From assembly GCA_043228905.1 (NCBI GenBank), contig JBHGNT010001065.1, positions 1-12,448 on the forward strand: a DNA stretch of 12,448 nucleotides. The letters run 5' to 3'. The notes under the pieces are model-generated. The model searched no databases and was not told the DNA's origin. It saw nothing but the letters and a program-made list of their open reading frames with translations. This stretch comes from Azolla caroliniana. Taxonomy: Eukaryota > Plantae > Polypodiophyta. The position numbers and the translations under genes were made by a program. Numbering within the stretch: the stretch's first letter is position 1; the number at the start of each line of letters is the position of its first letter. Of the stretch, positions 1 through 6,540 are shown one piece after another.

Positions 1-73
1 ATGCATCGTCTGTGGCTGGCCAGGATTCCCTCGCCACACCTCATTATGATTTGGGTTGGCAAAAGAGACATGC

Positions 74-211
74 CACACACACATAATATACATATACGTA
101 CATATCTATGCCCTATGGCCTACTACTACTATATGTGTATATATATACACGTATGTATATGCGTATATGTATACAGTATATTATATCCATATATGTATAC
201 GTATATGTGTA
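74..211. repeat. Compound CA/TA/TG purine-pyrimidine microsatellite tract
   Basis: cacacacacataatatacatatacgtacatat...tatgtgtatatatatacacgtatgtatatgcgtatatgtatac... Confidence 0.8.
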
Positions 212-574
212 GGCCTAATTTTGTAGCATAGTACGTAATATACCCGAATGCATTGGCAAACATTCATTTCCATACGAATGCACACGAATGAGTATGTTAG
301 CAAAACATTCTTATGCTTCATTTTACCTTTTTAAAAAAAAAACAATAAATAATGAATACAAAAAGTGTTTAGTACCATACTGATCGAAAACATTCTCGAA
401 TGCGAATGCACGTATGGTACATACAATGTACCGCAGAAGGTTTCCTGACCTTCGTCGAAAGAACTGCTCTGCTCTGCTCTCTCGATCTGTGGCGACTAAT
501 TTAATGGATTCCACTGAGAGATCACTACACCACACGGTCTCCCACGATGGCAATCTTATCACGATGGCCGCAGT

Positions 575-594
575 TCTCTCTCTCTCTCTCTCTC
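575..594. repeat. (TC)10 microsatellite, probably in the GT47 5' leader
   Basis: Read directly. CT tracts are common near plant transcription starts. Confidence 0.85.
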
Positions 595-638
595 AGACTT
601 TCGTCTTTACATGGTCGACTATACAGATCGATCCCGAG

Positions 639-875
639 GTTCGCTATATATTTAGATACAAGAGAAATGTATGTCCAATATGATGCGGCAATAGAGGATC
701 GTGATAGATGTATGTGGTCTCTAACATGGATTCGTCAATCAAAATCTGAAGCTCTCATTAGGTTTGAGTTCCGAAATGCAGCCGAGAAATCCATGTCAAG
801 TCGGAGGGTAGAGATCAGTGATATGTAAGGATTCCAAACATGTTTAAATATGTACCAAAAATCCGTTCGTTGCAG
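639..875 (+). other. Putative 5'UTR intron of the GT47 gene
   Basis: Donor-like GAG|GTTCGC at 639, shortly after a (TC)10 tract, and acceptor-like ttcgttgcAG at 875. The CAG|GTAGT at 875/876 could alternatively be a donor. No transcript data. Confidence 0.4.
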
Positions 876-895
876 GTAGTCGAAGATACGGAGCA

Positions 896-1216
896 CCTGT
901 AGATGTGGTATTGAGGGAAGGGGGAGATCCAAATCATCAAGTGATACATTCATTGATCGAATCAAGGAATCGTGCCGCCTGTAGATGTGGTATTGAGGGA
1001 AGGGGGAGATCCTAATCATCAAGCGATACATTCATTGATCGAATCAAGGAATCGTGCCGCCTGTAGATGTGGTATTGAGGGAAGGGGGAGATCCTAATCA
1101 TCAAGCGATACATTCATTGATCGAATCAAAGAATCGTGCCGCCTGTAGATGTGGTATTGAGGGAAGGGGGAGATCCTAATCATCAAGCGATACATTCATT
1201 GATCTCATCAAGGAAT
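896..1216 (+). repeat. Tandem repeat, 82 bp unit, about 3.9 near-identical copies, ending at the base before the GT47 ATG
   Basis: Unit cctgtagatgtggtattgagggaagggggagatcctaatcatcaagcgatacattcattgatcgaatcaaggaatcgtgccg starts at 896, 978, 1060 and 1142. Copies differ by only 1-2 substitutions. Confidence 0.97.
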
Positions 1217-2422
1217 ATGGCGAAATCGGAGGCATCATCGGTCAGGCGGATTTCAGTACTAGCCCTAGCAGTGATTGTGTTGTGTGGTGGGATGTACGGC
1301 CTCATCTTCGAGAATTCCCTGAGACCACAGACATTGCAGCCGTGGTACGCGCAGAATCAGACATGGCATTACCCTACCCTCTTCCCGCGATGCTCCATGG
1401 ATGTATGCTTCAACTACACGAGGTGTGCCGGCCAATCCGAGCTTCTCATCTATGCCTACCACATACCCCGCCCGCCTGTGCGATACTTTGCTCTACTCAA
1501 CCGCACAGTCTGGCACACCGATGATCCTCGCAAGGCCTGCCTCTTCTTCGTCTTCTTGGATGGCCCGGACAACAGAAGCCATCCCAGCAGCCTGCCTTAC
1601 TGGGGGGGCAATGGGCTCAACCACGTGTTGGTCACATTCGCCGACATGTGGCGCCAACGTGGCATCCCGCCCGAGAGCATCGGCTTTGCGTCCCTCCTTG
1701 CCTCCGACATGCACGAGACGATCTACAGGCCCGGGTTCGACATCAGCCTCACGCTCAATGGCCGTGTCCATTTGAGGGGCTTGCAGGCAGTGCCGCCCCT
1801 GGACCGCCCGTATCTGGTCACGTTCCGTGGGCTCCGATATCTGGGGCATCCGACTGATGAGGGCGTCCTACGGAGCTACGACTCCTTCCGCTCGATTCAC
1901 AACGGGAAGGACGCCATTGTCGTGACCTCGTGCAAACATGCCACGAACGAGCTGAGGAGGCGGGAAAACCCTGAATTGGGGAGGCATTGCGAGGAGGACG
2001 AGGCGGAGCATGTGCGGTACAGCTTTGGCGGCCTCATGAATACGACATTCGGTCTGGTGCTGGCTGGCTGGTCGCCCAACTCGTACCGGCTGATTGAGGT
2101 GATGGCGGCGGGCGCCGTGCCCGTCCTCATTGCTGACAATTATGTGAAGCCGTTCGACACGTTGATCCAATGGCACCGGTGCATTCTCCAGTTCCCGTCG
2201 TCTGAGATGAACCTCATTGTGCCTACCCTCCGTGCCATGGTCGCCCGGGCAGGAAATTACCCGAACGAGCTCCCGAAGCGCCAAAGTTACTGCATCCGCA
2301 TCTACAACGATTTCCTTCGTGATGACCCCACGCTCTTGCGTACCACCATTGCGTCTCTAAAAGCTCGCCTGTATGGTGCCATGCCCTTCAGGCCCGACAA
2401 CAGCAGTTACGGATTGATTTGA
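1217..2422 (+). CDS. Exostosin-family (GT47) glycosyltransferase, EXT1-like GT47 domain only, type II membrane protein, 401 aa, single coding exon
   Basis: Long open frame. First in-frame ATG is at 1217 (gaatATGG); the ORF-track start at 1136 is a GTG inside the tandem repeat. Short cytosolic tail ending RR, then hydrophobic anchor ISVLALAVIVLCGGMYGLIF, then motifs CSMDVCFNYTRC, TDDPRKACLF, WGGNGLNH, RPGFDIS, YLVTFRGLRYL, HNGKDAIVVTSCKH, NTTFGLV, SYRLIEVMAAGAVPVLIADNYVKPF..IQW, typical of the exostosin domain. N-glycosylation sequons NQT, NYT, NRT, NRS, NTT, NSS. Confidence 0.9.
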   Translation: MAKSEASSVRRISVLALAVIVLCGGMYGLIFENSLRPQTLQPWYAQNQTWHYPTLFPRCSMDVCFNYTRCAGQSELLIYAYHIPRPPVRYFALLNRTVWHTDDPRKACLFFVFLDGPDNRSHPSSLPYWGGNGLNHVLVTFADMWRQRGIPPESIGFASLLASDMHETIYRPGFDISLTLNGRVHLRGLQAVPPLDRPYLVTFRGLRYLGHPTDEGVLRSYDSFRSIHNGKDAIVVTSCKHATNELRRRENPELGRHCEEDEAEHVRYSFGGLMNTTFGLVLAGWSPNSYRLIEVMAAGAVPVLIADNYVKPFDTLIQWHRCILQFPSSEMNLIVPTLRAMVARAGNYPNELPKRQSYCIRIYNDFLRDDPTLLRTTIASLKARLYGAMPFRPDNSSYGLI

Positions 2423-5075
2423 AATCCATTCGCAAAACAAGCCACATCATGTTGGTCATGATGGGTGTCGAATCAATGACGAGATTTCGAGATAGTGAGC
2501 AAGCATAGGGTGGGGTGACGATTGTTTATCGGTGACGGACTTGTAAGTCACTCATGTACTCACGAAACTTGCAATTAGTTTCCTTCCATGAGTGAGCATT
2601 GTGTGGGAAGATCTCCCATTTTTCTGCAACAGATCTTGCTTCTAGTCTTATAGTGTGTCGTGACACGAGCAAATTAGGATGGGATGGCCAATACATTTGG
2701 ACGTAAAACATCTTGTTTATATAAGAATGTTCTATGTATTGAGGCACATTCTAATTGTATTAGAGGACAATGCAATTATACCTAATCGTCCTAACCTAAT
2801 CATTCTAAAAGCTAGGTTGAAAGCATGGTTGTGCTTGTCACCGGACTTTTACATACATACATCTCTATAAAGCTTCAAAAATATCAATCATACTCCAAAG
2901 GTTTGCCATGAGCAAGTATAGGGTGGTATATAGGTAATTTACGTAGTACAATAGATTAAGAATGGATTTATGAACCATGATCTTGGTTCTACTCCTAAGG
3001 TGTGCCATGGATGAGCAAACATATATAGGGTTAGATAATCGCGTCAAGTTGGAGTAGAACATAGTTTTTAAAACAACATCATTGAGAACTTTGCCTATGT
3101 TCAGTATTATAGAATAGGGTGTTTCTCAAACATGACACATATCACAATGTTACACATGATGCTTTGCGTCTCACTAAATGTTGCTTTGGGTGTAGTGACA
3201 TGACATTTAGCATCACAAAAAAATGATGCTAAACATACATTTAGCATCAACACACACACACATATAATAAAGGGGGGGATTTTATGTGTGTATGTATGTG
3301 TATAAATCTAATTTTATATGAGAGACATAAAGATTAATTGTTGGTATGGCAAGATAGAGGGAGGATGGTGCTTGAGATTTGGTTGATTATAGTAGAGTTG
3401 TGGGGATGCATTGGCATGCCATGCTTGCATCATGTGTTGACAAGAGAGAGCCAGGGCAATGCAATTGAAAGCCAAGCAAGGAAAATAGAGTGTTCATTAG
3501 GCTTATCTACAAGGGTAACACTCATGTGTGGATCCATTGACTGACAATTTGGTGTTTTGTGGGGCCATGGTTGAGGTCGAACGCAAGGCCCCATGGATTG
3601 TGGCCATACTAGTGAAAAATGTGGTCTTCAAAAAGTGGCGAGGAGGCCGGGAGGATGCAAAGGATTAGAGGGAAGAAACAATTAGAATCATGGATGTCAT
3701 GAGGATCATGGTCGATATGATGCAATCACGGGTGAAGTTGTCCATGATCCACAACATACCTTATTGAATCAAACATTAGATTGGGGAAGAGTGGTGAATT
3801 AAGTAGGAAGGAAGCACAAGCCTCTATTATCCACTGTAGAAATTGGAACCTGACCAACGATGAGGAAGACAATAAATGGTTGAGTAGGTACTAATGTCGA
3901 GTGGATGAATCAATATAGATCTCATAAGCAAATGAGATTTGCTCCACCATTGCAAACTAAGAAGCATCATGCATTATATAGACAATGTCACCTCAAAGAA
4001 TTCAAGCTTGAGGGTTTTGTACAAGTTGGAGTTCAACATACTATCATGGATTATCATTTGTAGATTGATTCAATATATAAAGGTATCACAGACAAGTTTC
4101 GGGATGTCAAAATCATGAATATCGTGGTTTAAATAATTCCAACTAACCATAGTTATTGGGTTGATCATTGTGGGGAAATTTTTATGTATGGATTCCCATT
4201 TGTCAATCTTAGTTCTTATCCAAGGAAGAAACTCTCTTCGTAGTTAACATCAATGATAAAGTCAAATCCATGTGCCAATTGATTGTGTTGATTCATTAAT
4301 CCCCATGGGTCATAGTCAAGAAGAATTAATCATAGATGAAAGACCGTGGAATGACCCTTATCATTTGATAGATGATGAAGGGACATTCATAAGTTACATG
4401 ATCTTTTTTTGCTTCACTTGAGGGTTCATCAAAGCAATAATCGATGAAAGTGATGTTAGAAATATTGAGAATCGACTAGATAGGCATATCGAGTTACACT
4501 CATAGAGGTGTACATGTGTCGATACAAACTTTCTATTACATACATAATAGAGTAGCTCACAATAGTAGTCCTCCCATGTGTTGACACGTTAGAGATTAAA
4601 TGGGATTTGGACTAGTTGACTATAAAGTTAGTTGACACATATAATAGCGACGACTCACAACTGTTATGTAAGAGAATGAGGTTGGATGTTTATATTCTTT
4701 GTTCTTAAATGCGCAAATAAGTTGTTAGTAATGGAGATTTTCATTTTTTGTCAATTAACTTGTCATTTAATATAACCTAATCTAGCGTTAGATAATTTAT
4801 CCTAGAGTCAATGGCACATACTTCAAGAATAATAGAGAATATCCTTCAAGTCCATCTTACTACTCAATCCCATTACCCTTAGTTTCCCTCTTCCCTAAAT
4901 ACATTTTGTCCAACTCTCTATGGTTTCCTAAACTAATACCTTATCGATCCATATGGTCAGGTTGCAAAATAGCTTCTCCTCATTTGTGGTGCTATCAAAA
5001 AATATGTACTCTAAAAATACACATGTGGCGATAAACTGACAACTTGAGGTTGATCATTGATTATATCTAGCTCGT

Positions 5076-5306
5076 GATGCAAGTGGGGTCAAAGTCCTAC
5101 AAAGTCTATAAGAGTATTATAGAAGCCTTTTTTGCTTTGATTTGGAGTTCCGTAGAGCAACAATCGATGATAGTGATACAAGTGGGGTTTGAGTCCTAGA
5201 AAGACTCATTAGAGTACAACAAAAGCCTTCTTTGCCTTTACTCAAGGGGCCATTGGAGTAACAATCGAAGACAATGCTACAAGTGGAATCTAAGTACTAT
5301 AAAGAA
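5076..5306. repeat. Degenerate tandem repeat, about 100 bp period, about 2.3 copies
   Basis: caagtgg anchors at 5080, 5179 and 5280, with shared agtccta..aaag, agagta, aagcctt.tttgc and aacaatcga. Confidence 0.7.
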
Positions 5307-5359
5307 TCCTCAGGGAGGGGAGGGATGTCAAGATAAGGTCTGTAATCCTGTCACACAAC

Positions 5360-5565
5360 ATAACCACAAAGCACAACTTACAAGTTGAGGCCCATAATCT
5401 TGTGAAGGGATTGTCCTACGAAACAACCACAAGCATAATTTACTAGCTATGGTTCATAATCTTTTGAAGGGATCAATGTCATATGATGCAACCACGAGAA
5501 ACAACTTACAGGCTGAGGCTTATAATTTTTTATTTGAAGAGGTAGTCATATGACACAACCACGAA
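5360..5565. repeat. Degenerate tandem repeat, about 63-67 bp period, about 3.2 copies, plus a dispersed partial copy near 5776-5815
   Basis: aaccac anchors at 5362, 5425, 5490 and 5557. Shared acaacttaca, tgaggc, ataatctt.tgaaggga and gtcatatga. The segment tcttgtgaagggatggtcatatga recurs at about 5777. Confidence 0.7.
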
Positions 5566-5848
5566 GTAAAAGGAAACTAAGTTTACATGTTTGAGACATT
5601 ATCTTGATCATAAGAAAGACTTGACAGACAGACGAAGTAGCCATGAGCACAAATTAACGGGGCCGAGCCCCATAGTGTTTGTTGGGAGGGATATGATGGA
5701 AGAGTTAGATGGTTGATTGTGTGACCATCATATCATGTAGGCGAGTAGAATGTAAGAGCGGACATGCAATATATAGTCTTGTGAAGGGATGGTCATATGA
5801 TGGGCAACCAGAAAACACACAGACACACGCACCCAGAAAAAGTAAGAG

Positions 5849-6227
5849 TGGAGGCTTGACTTTTTGCAAAGCCTCCAACTGAGACGACTTTTACAGAACC
5901 CACCACCAGAGACTCGACTTTTACCGGAAGCCCAACCGATGCTTGACTTTGTTTTGACGAGAGAATCGAGTGGCTTGACTTTTGACAGAGAACGAAACCA
6001 GAGGCCTGACTTTTTTTTTTTTGGGTTATAGAAATCCCAGATATGTGTGCATGCGTTTGTGGAGGTCGTTGAAGATTTAAACTTGACTTAATTTTTACAA
6101 AGGCCCAACCAAGAGGCTTGACTTTTACCAGAACCAGGAGGCTTGACTTTTACCAGAGGCAAGAGGCTTGACTTTTTTTGGATTTAGAAATCTGTTTATG
6201 GAGGTCGTTGAAAATTTAAACTTGACT
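5849..6227 (+). promoter_or_regulatory. W-box (TTGACT, WRKY-binding) cluster in the callose synthase proximal promoter
   Basis: Exact TTGACT at 5856, 5943, 5975, 6083, 6118, 6143, 6168 and 6222, most in a gaggcTTGACTTTT context. Variants ACGACTTTT, TCGACTTTT and CTGACTTTT also present. The cluster ends about 100 bp before the ATG. Confidence 0.75.
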
Positions 6228-6248
6228 GTCTCTTCTTCTTCATTATCT

Positions 6249-6275
6249 CTTCTTCTTCTTCTTCTTCTTCTTCTT
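6249..6275. repeat. (CTT)9 microsatellite within a pyrimidine-rich leader of the callose synthase
   Basis: Read directly; lies 49-75 bp upstream of the ATG. Confidence 0.9.
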
Positions 6276-6323
6276 CCTTCTCTGTTCTTTCCTTTCCTTC
6301 CTTCGGGATTCATTCTGTTCCCC

Positions 6324-6540
6324 ATGGCTCGGCTCCGCCATGTCCCGCAGAACAGAGTTCTCAGAAACTGGAGACGCCTCGTCCTCTCTGCTCTCAACCC
6401 TCACTCGTCTTCCCCTTCACCTGGTGGCCTTGATGTCCCTACCTCCGCTCCTGCTTCTTTCGATCCACGCAGCAACATCAATTCGATCATCGATATCGCT
6501 AATGAAATCCAGAACGAGAATTCAAAAGTTTCTAGTATCC
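6324..6540 (+). CDS. CALS10: Callose synthase exon 1 (MARLRHVPQNRVLRNWRRLV...NINSIIDIANEIQNENSKVSSI)
   Basis: ATG at 6324 after a CTT-rich leader. Resembles the GSL8/GSL10 N-terminus (NWxRLV...NIDAILQAADEIQ). Donor GTATGA at 6541, phase 1. Confidence 0.85.

Noticed and set aside
1-1031. Short ORFs 1-231, 323-562, 414-683, 547-828 and 735-1031
   Set aside because: They are translations of microsatellite, leader or tandem-repeat DNA with no recognisable protein features.
906-1172. G-quadruplex from GGGAAGGGGG runs
   Set aside because: Only two G-runs of three or more per 82 bp unit, and the units are too far apart for a canonical G4.
896-1216. CRISPR-like array
   Set aside because: Units are contiguous and nearly identical with no unique spacers; the context is eukaryotic and there are no cas genes.
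1136-1216. 27 aa N-terminal extension of the GT47 ORF given by the ORF track
   Set aside because: It starts at GTG inside the tandem repeat. The ATG at 1217 gives a normal short cytosolic tail before the membrane anchor.
1265-2284. Overlapping and antisense ORFs (1265-1462, 1282-1524, 1401-1775, 1493-1849, 1648-1857, 1868-2284, 1897-2139)
   Set aside because: Shadow frames expected in GC-rich coding DNA; no recognisable motifs.
3340-4400. Possible decayed Copia gag on the minus strand (MVSW-like and Cys/His fragments)
   Set aside because: Too many stops and frameshifts to support by eye; it would need tBLASTn or an HMM search against TE proteins.
6125-6397. Poly-Leu 'transmembrane' extension (ORF 6168) and antisense poly-Arg ORF
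   Set aside because: Both are artefacts of the (CTT)n tract. Homology to callose synthases starts at ATG 6324.
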